Assembly (NCBI RefSeq): GCF_042660085.1
Contig: NZ_JBHSTI010000008.1
Coordinates: forward strand, 1,809,876-1,841,875
Length of the DNA: 32,000 nucleotides
Direction: 5' to 3'
From: Longivirga aurantiaca
GTDB taxonomy: Bacteria; Actinomycetota; Actinomycetes; S36-B12; CAIYMF01
Shown here: positions 1-10,368 of the stretch, piece after piece
Layout of the letters: each line of letters opens with the position of its first letter
Numbering within the stretch: position 1 is the first letter of the stretch
The notes under the pieces: generated by a model
The model's input: the letters and a program-made list of their open reading frames with translations, nothing else
Database searches by the model: none
Told to the model about the DNA's origin: nothing
Position numbers and translations under genes: made by a program

Positions 1-168
1 GCGCAGGGCCGCGAGCCGGCGGGAGTCCTTCGCGTCGCTGCCGCTCACGGTGACGCCGCGGGCGACCAGGATGCGGGCGATGCCGGACATCCCCGCGCCG
101 CCGATGCCGACGACGTGCACGCGCCCGAGGGCGGAGAGGTCGGCGGTGGCGTCGGTGCCCGGGGTCAC
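1..168 (-). CDS. murC: UDP-N-acetylmuramate--L-alanine ligase MurC, N-terminal part only (runs off the left edge)
   Basis: Translation from GTG at 168: [56 protein letters not shown], the MurC N-terminal GIGGxGMSGIA motif; GGAGG 5' of the start; 4-nt overlap with the murG stop. Confidence 0.93.
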   Translation of the reverse strand, partial: MTPGTDATADLSALGRVHVVGIGGAGMSGIARILVARGVTVSGSDAKDSRRLAALR

Positions 169-1271
169 GAGGTTCCTCCAGCGGTCGTGGCGCCCGTGAC
201 GGCCTCGAGCACCAGTGCCCTCAGTCTCTCGTCCGCATCGCGCTGACCGTGGGAGGCGGCCGCGTCCTCCATGGCGTGGCGCTGGTCGGCGTCGAGCAGG
301 AGCGGCGCGACGAGGGCCACGAGCCGGTCGGCATCGAGATCGGCGTCGTCCACCAGCAGCCCTCCCCCGGCGTTGACGACGGGCAGCGCGTTGAGGCGCT
401 GCTCGCCGTTGCCGATCGGCAGCGGGACGTAGATCGCGGGCAGCCCGACGGCGGCGAGCTCGGCGCAGGTCATGGCACCCGCGCGGCAGAGCGCGACGTC
501 GGCAGCGGCGTACGCGAGGTCCATGCGGTCCACGTAGGGCAGCGGCACGTACGGCGCCGGGCCGGTGGGGCCCGACGGCCGCTGGTCGTCGTTCTTCAGG
601 CCCGCCGCGTGCAGCACCTGGATGCCCTGCGCGGTGAGTCGCTCGACGGCGCCCACGGTGGCGGCGTTGAGGCTGCGGGCGCCCTGAGACCCGCCGAAGA
701 CCAGCAGCGTGGGGCGGTCCTGGTCGAGACCGAAGGCCGCCCGTGCCTCGGCCTGCACCATCGCCCGGTCGAGCCGCGCGATCGCGGGGCGCAGCGGCAT
801 GCCGATGTGGCGCGATCCGGGGATGGCGTCCGGCACCGCGCTGCCGACGTACGACGTGAAGCGCGCACCCACCTTGTTGGCCAGCCCCGGCCGCGCGTTG
901 GCCTCGTGGATCACGATGGGGACGCGCCCGCGGGCTGCGAGGTACGCCGGCAGCGCGACGTAGCCGCCGAACCCGACCAGGACGTCCGCGCCGGTGTCGT
1001 CGAGCACGGCGCGCACCTCGCGCACCGAGCGGCGCACCGCGGTGGGCAGCCGCACCAGCTCGCCGGAGGGCCGTCGCGGCATCGGCGTCGGCGTGATGAG
1101 CCTGAGGTCGTAGCCGCGCTCGGGGACGAGGCGGGTCTCGAGTCCGCGCTCGGTGCCGAGGAGCGTGATGCCGACGGCGGGGTCGTGCCGCCGCAGGCAG
1201 TCGGCCGTGTTGAGCGCGGGCTCGACGTGGCCCGCCGTGCCGCCTCCGGCGAGGACGACGTGCACGGTCAC
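165..1271 (-). CDS. murG: UDP-N-acetylglucosamine--N-acetylmuramyl-(pentapeptide) pyrophosphoryl-undecaprenol GlcNAc transferase MurG
   Basis: [24 protein letters not shown]..., [35 protein letters not shown]; GTG at 1271 overlaps the ftsW stop. The ORF track's 698-aa frame is an upstream over-extension. Confidence 0.96.
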   Translation of the reverse strand: MTVHVVLAGGGTAGHVEPALNTADCLRRHDPAVGITLLGTERGLETRLVPERGYDLRLITPTPMPRRPSGELVRLPTAVRRSVREVRAVLDDTGADVLVGFGGYVALPAYLAARGRVPIVIHEANARPGLANKVGARFTSYVGSAVPDAIPGSRHIGMPLRPAIARLDRAMVQAEARAAFGLDQDRPTLLVFGGSQGARSLNAATVGAVERLTAQGIQVLHAAGLKNDDQRPSGPTGPAPYVPLPYVDRMDLAYAAADVALCRAGAMTCAELAAVGLPAIYVPLPIGNGEQRLNALPVVNAGGGLLVDDADLDADRLVALVAPLLLDADQRHAMEDAAASHGQRDADERLRALVLEAVTGATTAGGTS

Positions 1272-2440
1272 TTCCCCTTGAGCGGGTGCGGCGCCGGACG
1301 TCCGGCCTCCGCGCGTGCGAAGGCCATGAGCATGCCGAGGGCCACGAGCGTGGGGATGAGCGAGGAACCGCCGTACGACACGAGCGGGAGCGGCACGCCC
1401 GTGATGGGGATGAGCCCGAGGACCGCGCCCATGTTGAGCAGCGCCTGGGTCAGGATCCAGGCGACCACGGCTGCCGAGGCGCTGCGCACGAACGGGTCCA
1501 CGGTGGTCCGCGCGAGGCGGAGCCCCGCGATGCCGATCGCGGTGAAGAGGCCGAGCACGATCAGCGACCCGAGGATGCCGAGCTCCTCGCCGACGACGGC
1601 GTAGATGAAGTCGGTGTGCGCCTCGGGCAGCCAGTCCCACTTCTCGCGGGAGGCTCCGAGGCCGACGCCGAACCAGCCGCCGCCGCTCATGGCGTTCTGG
1701 CCGCGCAGCAGCTGCCATCCGCTGTTCAGCGGGTCGGCGGACGGGTCGAGCCACGCGGAGAAGCGCTTGAGCCGGTAGGCCTGGGCGTAGCTCAGCACGG
1801 CCACGCCGGCGAGCAGCACGATCCCGCCGCCGAAGAAGAGCCGGAACGGTGCCCCGTTGACCCAGAGCATGGCGGCCACCATCGGCACGAGGATGAGCGC
1901 CGTGCCGAAGTCGCCCTCGAGCAGGACGAGGCCGATGATCGTGAGCGACACCGGCATCAGCGGCACGAGCAGGTGCTTCCACTGGTCGAGGAGCGGCTGC
2001 TTGCGCGCGAGCAGGTCGCTGGCCCACAGCACGAGCGCGAGCTTGGCGAACTCGCTGGGCTGGAAGCGGAACGGCCCGCCGATGTCGATCCAGTTCCTCT
2101 GGCCCGCCACCTCGTGACCGATGATCAGCACGAGCACCAGCGCGACGAGCGCCACCATGAGCGCCGGGTAGGCGATGCGGCGGTAGAACACCACCGGCAG
2201 CCGCGACGCCACGACCATCGCGGCCAGGCCCACCACCGCGAACAGCACCTGGCGCGACCACAGCGTGTACGCCGATCCGAAGACGCGGTAGCTCTCGACC
2301 GTCGACGCCGACAGCACCATCGCGACGCCCAGCACGAGCAGCAGCAGCGTGGATCCGAGCAGCACGTGGTACGTCGCCATGGGGTGCTCGGAGCGCGGCC
2401 GGTCGGCCGAGCCGACGCGCCGCTCGTCCTGCTGGGTCAC
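1268..2440 (-). CDS. ftsW: Lipid II polymerase / cell division protein FtsW (SEDS family)
   Basis: 390 aa, multi-TM; [60 protein letters not shown]-type SEDS motifs (here [15 protein letters not shown]). An alternative ATG start exists at 2380. Confidence 0.95.
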   Translation of the reverse strand: MTQQDERRVGSADRPRSEHPMATYHVLLGSTLLLLVLGVAMVLSASTVESYRVFGSAYTLWSRQVLFAVVGLAAMVVASRLPVVFYRRIAYPALMVALVALVLVLIIGHEVAGQRNWIDIGGPFRFQPSEFAKLALVLWASDLLARKQPLLDQWKHLLVPLMPVSLTIIGLVLLEGDFGTALILVPMVAAMLWVNGAPFRLFFGGGIVLLAGVAVLSYAQAYRLKRFSAWLDPSADPLNSGWQLLRGQNAMSGGGWFGVGLGASREKWDWLPEAHTDFIYAVVGEELGILGSLIVLGLFTAIGIAGLRLARTTVDPFVRSASAAVVAWILTQALLNMGAVLGLIPITGVPLPLVSYGGSSLIPTLVALGMLMAFARAEAGRPAPHPLKGK

Positions 2441-2444
2441 GAGC

Positions 2445-3884
2445 TCACCCGCCCAGGTGGCGCAGGACGGAGGCGGCGAACTCGTCGCCGCGGTGGCCGT
2501 AGTCGCGGAACATGTCCCACGACGCGCACCCGGGTGCGAGCAGGACGGTGTCGCCCGGGCGCGCCATGGCGGCGGCGGCGTTCACGACGTCGTCCATGGC
2601 TCCAGTGTCGGTGCGCCCGACCTCGACCACGGGGACATCCGGCGCGTGTCGCGCGAGAGCCTCGCGGATCCGCGCGCGGTCGACGCCGAGGAGCACGGCG
2701 CCGCGCATGCGGTCGCGCGTGCGCTGCACGAGGTCGTCGTACTCCTGGCCCTTGGCCATGCCGCCCGCGATCCACACCACGGACTCGTACGCGAGCAGCG
2801 AGGTGAGCGCCGCATGGCCGTTGGTGGCCTTGGAGTCGTCGACCCACGTGACGCCGTCGCGCTCGGCGACCTGCGCGATGCGGTGGCCGGCGGGCTCGAA
2901 CGAGCGCAGGCCCTCGCGCACCGCGGAGGCCGGCACCCCTGCGGCACGGGCCAGGGCCGCGGCTGCGAGCGCGTTGAAGACGTTGTGCGGCGCGAACGGG
3001 TGCACGTCGTGCACCGAGGCGAGCTCCAGCGCGCTGTCGGCGCGGTTGTCGATGAACGCCCGGTCGACGAGCAGGTCGTCCACCACGCCCACCATCGAGC
3101 GGCCGGGAGTGCCCAGGGTGATGCCGATCGCCCGGCAGCCCTCGACGACGTCGGCCTCCTCCACCAGGCGCTCGGTCACGGGGTCGGCCACGTTGTAGAC
3201 CGCGGCGACCTGGGTGTTGGCGTAGATCCGTCCCTTGGCCGCGACGTACGCCTCCATCGAGCCGAAGTGGTCGACGTGGTCCTCGGCGATGTTGAGGCAC
3301 ACCGAGGCCAGGGGGCTCGCGGTGAGCAGGAACGGCAGCTGCGGCGCACCGACCTCGACGGCGAGGACGTCGAAGCCCTCCGGGTCCATCACCGCGTCGA
3401 CGAGCGAGACCCCGATGTTGCCGACGGCGGCGGTGCGCAGGCCGGCCGCGCGCAGCATCGACTCGAGCATGAGCGTCACCGTGGTCTTGCCGTTCGTCCC
3501 GGTCACCACGAGCCAGGGGGCGGCGTCGGGGCCGCGCAGCCGCCAGGCCAGCTCGAGCTCGCCCCACACGGGCACCCCGCGCTCCTGCGCCGCCACGATC
3601 ACGGGCGCGTAGGGCGGCAGCCCCGGCGACACCACGAGCACGTCCGCGTCGTCCGGCAGCGTGTCGCCGTCACCGAGGCGGACGGCTGCCCCGACCACCT
3701 CGAGCACGTCGGCGCGCTCGCGCTGGCGCGCGCCGTCGCCGGAGTCGACGACCGTCACCCGCGCACCGAGGTGGACGAGCTGGTCGGCGCAGGCGAATCC
3801 GGCGACGCCGATGCCCGCGACGACCGCGTGCACGGCGCCCCAGTCGGACGACCTGCCGTACGCCGTGACGTCCGTACGGCTCAC
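2445..3884 (-). CDS. murD: UDP-N-acetylmuramoylalanine--D-glutamate ligase MurD
   Basis: Frame contains VAGIGVAGFACADQLVHLGARVTVVDSG, VVTGTNGKTTVTLMLESML, WVDDSKATNGHAAL, WIAGGMAKGQEYDDL; GTG at 3884 overlaps the mraY stop. Confidence 0.95.
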   Translation of the reverse strand: MSRTDVTAYGRSSDWGAVHAVVAGIGVAGFACADQLVHLGARVTVVDSGDGARQRERADVLEVVGAAVRLGDGDTLPDDADVLVVSPGLPPYAPVIVAAQERGVPVWGELELAWRLRGPDAAPWLVVTGTNGKTTVTLMLESMLRAAGLRTAAVGNIGVSLVDAVMDPEGFDVLAVEVGAPQLPFLLTASPLASVCLNIAEDHVDHFGSMEAYVAAKGRIYANTQVAAVYNVADPVTERLVEEADVVEGCRAIGITLGTPGRSMVGVVDDLLVDRAFIDNRADSALELASVHDVHPFAPHNVFNALAAAALARAAGVPASAVREGLRSFEPAGHRIAQVAERDGVTWVDDSKATNGHAALTSLLAYESVVWIAGGMAKGQEYDDLVQRTRDRMRGAVLLGVDRARIREALARHAPDVPVVEVGRTDTGAMDDVVNAAAAMARPGDTVLLAPGCASWDMFRDYGHRGDEFAASVLRHLGG

Positions 3885-4948
3885 TGACGGACCCACTCGG
3901 CGTAGAAGATGCCGAGGCCGAGCGCCACGAACAGGCCCTGGACGATCCAGAACCGCACCACGATCTGGATCTCGGCCCAGCCCAGCATCTCGAAGTGGTG
4001 ATGCAAGGGGGCCATCCGGAACATGCGTCTGCCGGTGAGCTTGTAGCTGCCCACCTGGCCGATCACCGAGAGCACGACGATGAGGAAGAGCCCGGCGAGC
4101 ATCGGCAGGAGGAGCTCGGTGCGCGACAGGATCGCGAGGGCGGCGATCGCACCGCCGAGCGCCAGCGACCCGGTGTCGCCCATGAAGATCCCGGCCGGCG
4201 CGGTGTTCCACCAGAGGAACCCGAAGCAGGCTCCTGCCGCGGCAGCCGCGAACACGGCGAGATCGAGCGGATCCCGTACGTCGTAGCAGCGCGCGAACTC
4301 GCCGAACTGGCAGTTCTGCCCGTACTGCCAGACCGAGAGCAGCGTGTAGGCCCCCAGCGTCATGACCGAGGCGCCCGCCGCGAGACCGTCGAGGCCGTCG
4401 GTGAGGTTGACCGCGTTGGTGGTCGCCGTGACGAGGAACCAGATCCACACGATGAACAGGGCGGTCGGCAGGACGAGGCTGGTGTCGCGGAACAGCGAGA
4501 CCGCGCGCGAGGCCGGCGTGCGCCCGTCGGCGTCCGGGAACTGCAGCGAGAGGAAGGCGAAGATGATCGCCACGGTCGCCTGGCCGAGCAGCTTGGTGCG
4601 CGCCCGCACACCCGTGCTGCGCTGCTTGAAGATCTTCAGGTAGTCGTCCGCGATGCCCACGCAGCCGAGCCCGACGGTGAGGAAGAGCGCGAGGACGCCC
4701 GACCAGCTCGGCGGCCGCCAGGCGACGACGTGCGCACCGAGGTATCCGACGAGCAGCCCCGCCAGGATGATGAGGCCGCCCATCGACGGGGTGCCGCGCT
4801 TGCCCTCGTGCTCGGGGTAGGGCTCGCCGGCCGTCGACACGCGGATGGCCTGCGCCAGGTGGTGGCGGCGCAGGAACTTGATGAGCAGCGGCGTGCCGAG
4901 CAGCGACACGAACAGGCCGAGGCCGGCAGCGATGAGCACGAGCCTCAT
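3881..4948 (-). CDS. mraY: Phospho-N-acetylmuramoyl-pentapeptide-transferase MraY
   Basis: 355 aa; GKRGTPSMGGLIIL, NLTDGLDGLAAG, NTAPAGIFMGDTGSLALGGA, RMAPLHHHFEMLGWAE motifs. Confidence 0.97.
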   Translation of the reverse strand: MRLVLIAAGLGLFVSLLGTPLLIKFLRRHHLAQAIRVSTAGEPYPEHEGKRGTPSMGGLIILAGLLVGYLGAHVVAWRPPSWSGVLALFLTVGLGCVGIADDYLKIFKQRSTGVRARTKLLGQATVAIIFAFLSLQFPDADGRTPASRAVSLFRDTSLVLPTALFIVWIWFLVTATTNAVNLTDGLDGLAAGASVMTLGAYTLLSVWQYGQNCQFGEFARCYDVRDPLDLAVFAAAAAGACFGFLWWNTAPAGIFMGDTGSLALGGAIAALAILSRTELLLPMLAGLFLIVVLSVIGQVGSYKLTGRRMFRMAPLHHHFEMLGWAEIQIVVRFWIVQGLFVALGLGIFYAEWVRQ

Positions 4949-6354
4949 GCGGGGACCTCCGTCAGGGCCAGTGCGAGCCGTTCGAGACCGGCGGCGCGCG
5001 AGGCCTTCACCAGGACGACGTCGCCGGGCGCGACATCACCGGCGACGATCTCGACCGCCCGAGGCACGTCGGCCGCCACCATGACGACGGTGGCACCTCC
5101 GACCCCCTTCGCGCCCCTCGCCACGCCGGACGCGCCCTCGCCCACTGCGACGACCCGGTCGACACCGCGCTCGGCGGCGGCACGGCCGACGGCCTCGTGC
5201 GCAGCCTCGGCGCCGGCTCCCAGCTCGCGCATCTCGCCGAGGACGGCCCACGACCGGCGGGCGGGGCGCGTGGCCGTCGCCGCGCTCATGGCCACGAGGG
5301 CGTCGAGCGCCGCAACCACGGACTCGGGGTTGGCGTTGTACGCGTCGTTGACGACGGTGACGCCGGACGCCGTCGTCGACACCTCCATGCGCCAGCGGCT
5401 CTCCGCCGTCGCGCCGGAGAGGCGGCGGGCGACGATGTCCCCGGGGATGCCGAGCTCGAGGGCCACGGCCGCGACTGCGAGCGCGTTGGAGACCTGGTGC
5501 GCTCCGAAGAGCCGCAGCGAGACGGGCTCGCGGACGCCCGGCGCCACCAGGGTGAATCCCGGTCGCCCCTCGTCGTCCATCGTCTCGTCCACGGCCCGGA
5601 CCTGCGCCGCGGCGGAGCGGCCGTAGAGCACGACCCTGCCCCGCGTGCGCGGAGCCATCGCGGCGACGAGGTCGTCGTCGGCGTTGAGGACGGCGACCCC
5701 GCCGTCGGCCGCCGGGGGCACGGCCTCGACCAGCTCGCCCTTGGTCACGGCGATGTTCTCCCGCGAGCCGAACTCGCCGACGTGGGCCGACCCGACGTTG
5801 AGCACCACACCGATCCGGGGCGGGGTCACGGTGCAGAGGTACGCGATGTGCCCGAGCCCGCGCGCGCCCATCTCGGAGACGAGCACGCGCGTGCTCTCGT
5901 CGACCTGCAGCGCGGTGAGCGGCAGGCCGACCTCGGTGTTGAACGAGCCCTGGGGTGCCACGACCGGGCCGAGCTCGACCACGACCTGGGCCATGAGGTC
6001 CTTGGTGCTGGTCTTGCCCGAGGAGCCGGTGATCCCGACGACCACGAGATCCGGCATCCGGCCCACCACCCACCGGGCGAGGCGGCCGAGTGCGAGCACG
6101 GCGTCGTCGTCGACGACCACCGAGGGGACGTCGAGGGCTCGGGACGCGAGCGCCGCCACGGCACCGCCCGCGACGGCCTGGCCCGCGAAGTCGTGCGCGT
6201 CGTGGTGCTCCCCCACGACGGCCACGAACAGGTCGCCGTCGTGCGCGCTGCGCGAGTCGGTGGAGAAGCCCGTGACCCTTGTCGCAGGCTCGGCACCGCC
6301 GACGAGACGGCCTCCGACGGCAGCCGCGACGTCGCCCAGGGTGAGCGCGATCAT
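4945..6354 (-). CDS. murF: UDP-N-acetylmuramoyl-tripeptide--D-alanyl-D-alanine ligase MurF
   Basis: 469 aa; VVGITGSSGKTSTKDLMAQVV, VVNDAYNANPESVVAALDAL, VLGEMRELG. Confidence 0.95.
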   Translation of the reverse strand: MIALTLGDVAAAVGGRLVGGAEPATRVTGFSTDSRSAHDGDLFVAVVGEHHDAHDFAGQAVAGGAVAALASRALDVPSVVVDDDAVLALGRLARWVVGRMPDLVVVGITGSSGKTSTKDLMAQVVVELGPVVAPQGSFNTEVGLPLTALQVDESTRVLVSEMGARGLGHIAYLCTVTPPRIGVVLNVGSAHVGEFGSRENIAVTKGELVEAVPPAADGGVAVLNADDDLVAAMAPRTRGRVVLYGRSAAAQVRAVDETMDDEGRPGFTLVAPGVREPVSLRLFGAHQVSNALAVAAVALELGIPGDIVARRLSGATAESRWRMEVSTTASGVTVVNDAYNANPESVVAALDALVAMSAATATRPARRSWAVLGEMRELGAGAEAAHEAVGRAAAERGVDRVVAVGEGASGVARGAKGVGGATVVMVAADVPRAVEIVAGDVAPGDVVLVKASRAAGLERLALALTEVPA

Positions 6355-7928
6355 GTGGCGTCCTCGTCGTCGGTCGGCAGGTCGGCGGGCACGATCAGGC
6401 CGGGCTCCAGCGCCTCGGCCAGAGCGACCCGGTCGTCGAACGGCGTGACCGTACCCGCGACCTCCTGCCCCTGCTCGTGGCCCTTGCCCAGGACGAGAAC
6501 CACGTCACCCCTGCCCGCGAGCGCGACCGCCATGCGCAGGGCTCGCCGTCGGTCGGCCACCTCGATCCGCCGCGTGCCGGTGATGGTGCGTGCGCCGCGC
6601 AGGACCTCGCGGCGGATGAGGGCGGGGTCCTCGCTGCGGGGGTTGTCGTCGGTCACGATGACGACATCGGCGCCCTCGACCGCCGCACGCCCCATGTCGT
6701 ACCGCTTGTGCGGGTCGCGGTCGCCGCCCGCGCCGAGCACGACGAGGATGCGCGAACGGCGCCCGGAGCGTGCCGTCGCCACCTCGCGCGCAGCGGCCAG
6801 CGCCCGCTCGACGGCGTCGGGCGTGTGCGCGTAGTCGACGTACGCGTAGATGCCGCGCCCGAGGTCGGGGTCGGGCACCCTCTCCATCCGTCCGGGCACG
6901 CCCTCGCACGCGGCGATGCCGTCCGACGCGGTCAGCGGGTCGACGCCTGCCGCGACGAGCAGGGCCAGCGCCCCGAGCGCGTTGCTGACGTTGAACTCCC
7001 CCGGCAGACGCACCTCGAGCGGCACGTCCACGCCGTCGGGGCCGAGCGCGCGCATCACCGAGCCGCCGGGCACCGCGACCACGCCCTCGACCATCCACGT
7101 GGCCGGGCCGACGGTCGAGTACGTCGACACCTCAAGACCTTGCGCCGCAGCCGATCCCGCCATCCGTACGCCGTACCCGCCGTCGACGCACACGACGGCG
7201 GCCGCCGTGCGACGCGCGGTGAACAGCGACGCCTTGGCCGCGAAGTAGTCGTCCATGTCCGCGTGGAAATCGAGGTGGTCCTCGGTCAGGTTGGTGAAGC
7301 CGCCGACGGCGAACCGCACGCCGTCGACCCGTCCGAGGACGAGCGCGTGGCTCGACACCTCCATGGTCACGGCGGTCACCCCGCGCTCGCGCATGACCGC
7401 CAGCAGCGCATGCACGTCGGTGGCCTCGGGGGTGGTCCGCTGGCTGGGTACCGTCTCGTCGCCGATGCGCGTGCCCACCGTGCCGATGAGCCCGGTCACG
7501 TGGCCGGCCGCCCGGAACCCGCCGTCGACGAGGTACGACGTGGTCGTCTTGCCGTTCGTGCCGGTGATCCCGACGACGAGGACGTCGCGGGACGGGTGGT
7601 CGTAGACGTCCGCTGCGACCTCGCCGAGGACGGCCCGGGGATCCTCGACGACGAGGACCGGGAGCCCGGCGGCGGCGCAGCGCTCCGCACCGGACGGATC
7701 GGTGAGGACGGCGACGGCGCCGGAGGCGGCGGCCTGGGCGACGTACTCGGCCCCGTGCGTCACGAAGCCCGGCAGGGCGGCGTACAGGTCACCGGGACGG
7801 ACGTCGCGGGAGTCGTGGGTGACCCCGGTGACGAGGACGTCGGCGGATGCGGGGACGTCGGCACCCGCCACCCGCGCGAGCTCCCCGAGGGGACGCGGCG
7901 GCGTGCTCGGTCGAGGTCCGGCAGGCAC
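6351..7928 (-). CDS. murE: UDP-N-acetylmuramoyl-tripeptide synthetase MurE
   Basis: 525 aa; VVGITGTNGKTTTSYLVDGG, TTPEATDVHALLAVM, DDNPRSEDPALIRREV, GKGHEQGQEV. Confidence 0.95.
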   Translation of the reverse strand: MPAGPRPSTPPRPLGELARVAGADVPASADVLVTGVTHDSRDVRPGDLYAALPGFVTHGAEYVAQAAASGAVAVLTDPSGAERCAAAGLPVLVVEDPRAVLGEVAADVYDHPSRDVLVVGITGTNGKTTTSYLVDGGFRAAGHVTGLIGTVGTRIGDETVPSQRTTPEATDVHALLAVMRERGVTAVTMEVSSHALVLGRVDGVRFAVGGFTNLTEDHLDFHADMDDYFAAKASLFTARRTAAAVVCVDGGYGVRMAGSAAAQGLEVSTYSTVGPATWMVEGVVAVPGGSVMRALGPDGVDVPLEVRLPGEFNVSNALGALALLVAAGVDPLTASDGIAACEGVPGRMERVPDPDLGRGIYAYVDYAHTPDAVERALAAAREVATARSGRRSRILVVLGAGGDRDPHKRYDMGRAAVEGADVVIVTDDNPRSEDPALIRREVLRGARTITGTRRIEVADRRRALRMAVALAGRGDVVLVLGKGHEQGQEVAGTVTPFDDRVALAEALEPGLIVPADLPTDDEDAT

Positions 7929-7948
7929 CTCGCGACCCTATCCCGCGC

Positions 7949-9742
7949 TCACCACTCGACCGGGATGCGCGGGCGCTGCGAACCGGTCGGCGGCGTGCGC
8001 TCCTGCTGGAGCGCGAAGGAGGTCACGCGCTTGAACACCGGGCCGGCGAGGACGCCGCCGTAGTGGCCGTTGCGCGGGTTCTGCAGGAAGACCGCGACCA
8101 CGAGGCTCGGGTTGTCGGCCGGCGCGATCCCGATGAACGAGGCGGTGTAGCCGCGGTAGCAGCCGCAGCTGTCGTCGATGCGGTTGGCGGTGCCCGTCTT
8201 GCCCGCCACGCGGTAGCCGGGGATCGCCGCGTTGGGCGCGGTGCCGTCCGCGGAGACGACCGACTCGAGCATCGAGCGGACGGTCCTGGCGGTCTTGGTG
8301 CTGACGACACGCGTCTCGCTCGCCTGCGGCGCCGCCTGGTAGGTGCCGTCCGGCAGCGTGTAGCCCTCGACCAGGCTCGGCGTGACGCGGACGCCGTCGT
8401 TGGCGATCGTCGCGAAGACCGAGGCCGCCTGCACCGCGTTGACCGACAGGCCCTGGCCGAAGGCCAGCGTGCCGAACGTGGTGTCGGACCACTGAGACGG
8501 TGCGGGCACGTAGCCCTTGCTCTCGCCGGGGAAGTTGAGGCCCGTCTTCTCGCCGATCCCGAACTTCTTCAGGTAGCGGTAGAGCGTGTCGCCGCCGATC
8601 CTCTCCGCCGCCATGATCGTGCCGATGTTGCTGGACTTGGCGAGGACGCCGTTCAGCGTGAGCTTGAGGGTGCCGTGCGGGCTGTGGTCGTGCCAGGTCT
8701 TCGCGGGCCGCTTGAGCACCGGCGGGATGACGAGCTGGGTGGTCGGCCCCGCCGCCTTCTCCTCGATGACCGCCGCCATCGTCATGACCTTGCTCGTCGA
8801 GCCGGGCTCGAAGACGTCGGACACCGCGCGATTGCCGATGTCCGCGGAAACGGCCTCGGCCGGACGGTTCGGGTCGAAGGTGGGCACGGTGGCGAGCGCG
8901 AGGATCTTGCCGGTGCGCGGGTCCATCACGACGACGGTGCCGCTGTCGGCCTTGGCGTAGGCGACCTGCTTCGCGATCGCGTCCTGCGCCACCCACTGGA
9001 TGTCGCGGTCGATCGTGAGCCGCACCGTCTTCCCGGGGATGGCCGAGGTGCCCGCGGCCTCGACCGTCGGGATCTCGGTGCCGCGGGCCGAGCTCTCGAA
9101 GATCTCCGAACCGGCCACGCCCGCGAGCTGGTCGTCGAGGCCGTGCTCGAGGCCCGAGCCGCCGGTGCCGTCGGCCCGGACGTGGCCCACGACGTTGGCC
9201 GCGACCTCGCCCGCCGGGTAGACGCGCGTCGACGTCGGCTCGCTGAACACGCCCGCGAGCTTGAGCGCCTTCACCGAGGCCCAGGTCTCCGGCGTCACGT
9301 TCTTGGCGATGTAGACGAAGCGCCGCTCCCCCGCAAGGCGCGGGGCGTACGCCGAGGCGTCGCCCCCGAGCACCGAGGCGAGCGCTGCGGCGGTGCCCTC
9401 GACGTCCTCGACCAGGGTCTGGTCGACCGTCACGTTGCGGGCGGCCACGGTGGTGGCGAGGGGCACGCCGTTGGCGTCGGTGATGTCGCCGCGCGTCGCG
9501 GGGATCACGACCTCGCGCATGCGGCTCTTCTCGGCCGCCGCCGCGAGGGTCGGCCCCTGGATGACCTGGAGGTCGACGACCCGGCCGGCGACGATCGTCA
9601 CGAGGATGAGCAGGCCAAGCTGCCAGAGGCGCAGGCGGCGCACGTGGTCGCCCTGACGGAACGTGCGCGGCGCGGGGCGTGCCGCGGGCCGCGGTGCGGG
9701 ACGCGACGAGGGACGGCGGGGCGGCGGGGCGAGCGTCGTCAT
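7949..9742 (-). CDS. ftsI: Peptidoglycan D,D-transpeptidase FtsI / class B penicillin-binding protein
   Basis: 597 aa; one N-terminal TM, GSTSKVMTMAAV (SxxK), KSSNIGTIMAAERIG (SxN), RVAGKTGTANRID (KTG). Confidence 0.95.
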   Translation of the reverse strand: MTTLAPPPRRPSSRPAPRPAARPAPRTFRQGDHVRRLRLWQLGLLILVTIVAGRVVDLQVIQGPTLAAAAEKSRMREVVIPATRGDITDANGVPLATTVAARNVTVDQTLVEDVEGTAAALASVLGGDASAYAPRLAGERRFVYIAKNVTPETWASVKALKLAGVFSEPTSTRVYPAGEVAANVVGHVRADGTGGSGLEHGLDDQLAGVAGSEIFESSARGTEIPTVEAAGTSAIPGKTVRLTIDRDIQWVAQDAIAKQVAYAKADSGTVVVMDPRTGKILALATVPTFDPNRPAEAVSADIGNRAVSDVFEPGSTSKVMTMAAVIEEKAAGPTTQLVIPPVLKRPAKTWHDHSPHGTLKLTLNGVLAKSSNIGTIMAAERIGGDTLYRYLKKFGIGEKTGLNFPGESKGYVPAPSQWSDTTFGTLAFGQGLSVNAVQAASVFATIANDGVRVTPSLVEGYTLPDGTYQAAPQASETRVVSTKTARTVRSMLESVVSADGTAPNAAIPGYRVAGKTGTANRIDDSCGCYRGYTASFIGIAPADNPSLVVAVFLQNPRNGHYGGVLAGPVFKRVTSFALQQERTPPTGSQRPRIPVEW

Positions 9743-10368
9743 CGGTTCTCCCGGCTGGGCTGGGCGGGAGCGTCGAGGACGGCGCCGTCGGTCACGGGCG
9801 GGGGGTCGGCGACCGCGGCGTCCCCGGTGGGCGTCGCGGCGGCGGTCGGCGGCGCGCTGCTGGGCGCGGGTGTGGCGGCGGCGGCCGGCGACGCGGAGGT
9901 CGACGGCGCGGTGCCGGTGCCGCCCGTGGCGGGGATGCGCGTCGTGGGGTCAGCCTGGGCCGGGCGCGGGCTGCCGAGGACGGCGCCGTCGGAGAGCCGG
10001 AGGAAGACCGGGGCCGCGACCGGCACCATGCCGAGCTCCTGAGCCTTCTGCTGCAAGGACTCCGGGGCCTCGGCCCGCGCGACGTCCTGCACGAGCCGCT
10101 GCTCGCGCACCGCGAGGTCGCGCTGCTCGGACGACAGGTCGTTGATCTCGAAGGCGCCCGAGGCCAGCGAGGTGTTGAGCACGAGCAGCATGACCATCCC
10201 GAGCACGAGGATGCCCACGACCACGAGCGAGAAGACGCCGGTGCCCGCCACAGCGGGTGCCGGCGGGGGCACCTCCTTCAGCGGGGTGCGGCGCGGGCGG
10301 CCCGCCTTCGGCGCGGTGGGCTTCGGGTGGCCGGCGGGACGCGTCGTCGCGCGGGCGGTCGCGCTCAC
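9739..10368 (-). CDS. FtsL-like septum formation initiator protein with long Pro/Ala/Thr-rich C-terminal tail
   Basis: GTG at 10368 (GTGA overlap with the rsmH stop) gives 209 aa: basic N-term, single [24 protein letters not shown], coiled-coil [44 protein letters not shown]; position between rsmH and ftsI. The 830-aa track ORF is an over-extension. Confidence 0.85.
   Translation of the reverse strand: MSATARATTRPAGHPKPTAPKAGRPRRTPLKEVPPPAPAVAGTGVFSLVVVGILVLGMVMLLVLNTSLASGAFEINDLSSEQRDLAVREQRLVQDVARAEAPESLQQKAQELGMVPVAAPVFLRLSDGAVLGSPRPAQADPTTRIPATGGTGTAPSTSASPAAAATPAPSSAPPTAAATPTGDAAVADPPPVTDGAVLDAPAQPSRENR

Noticed and set aside
165-2261. 698-aa ORF as a single protein
   Set aside because: MurG begins at the GTG at 1271; the upstream extension overlaps ftsW out of frame and is Arg/Ala-rich.
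2445-4448. 667-aa ORF as extended MurD
   Set aside because: The N-terminal 188 aa overlap mraY in a shadow frame; the GTG at 3884 gives a normal-length MurD with a 4-nt overlap.
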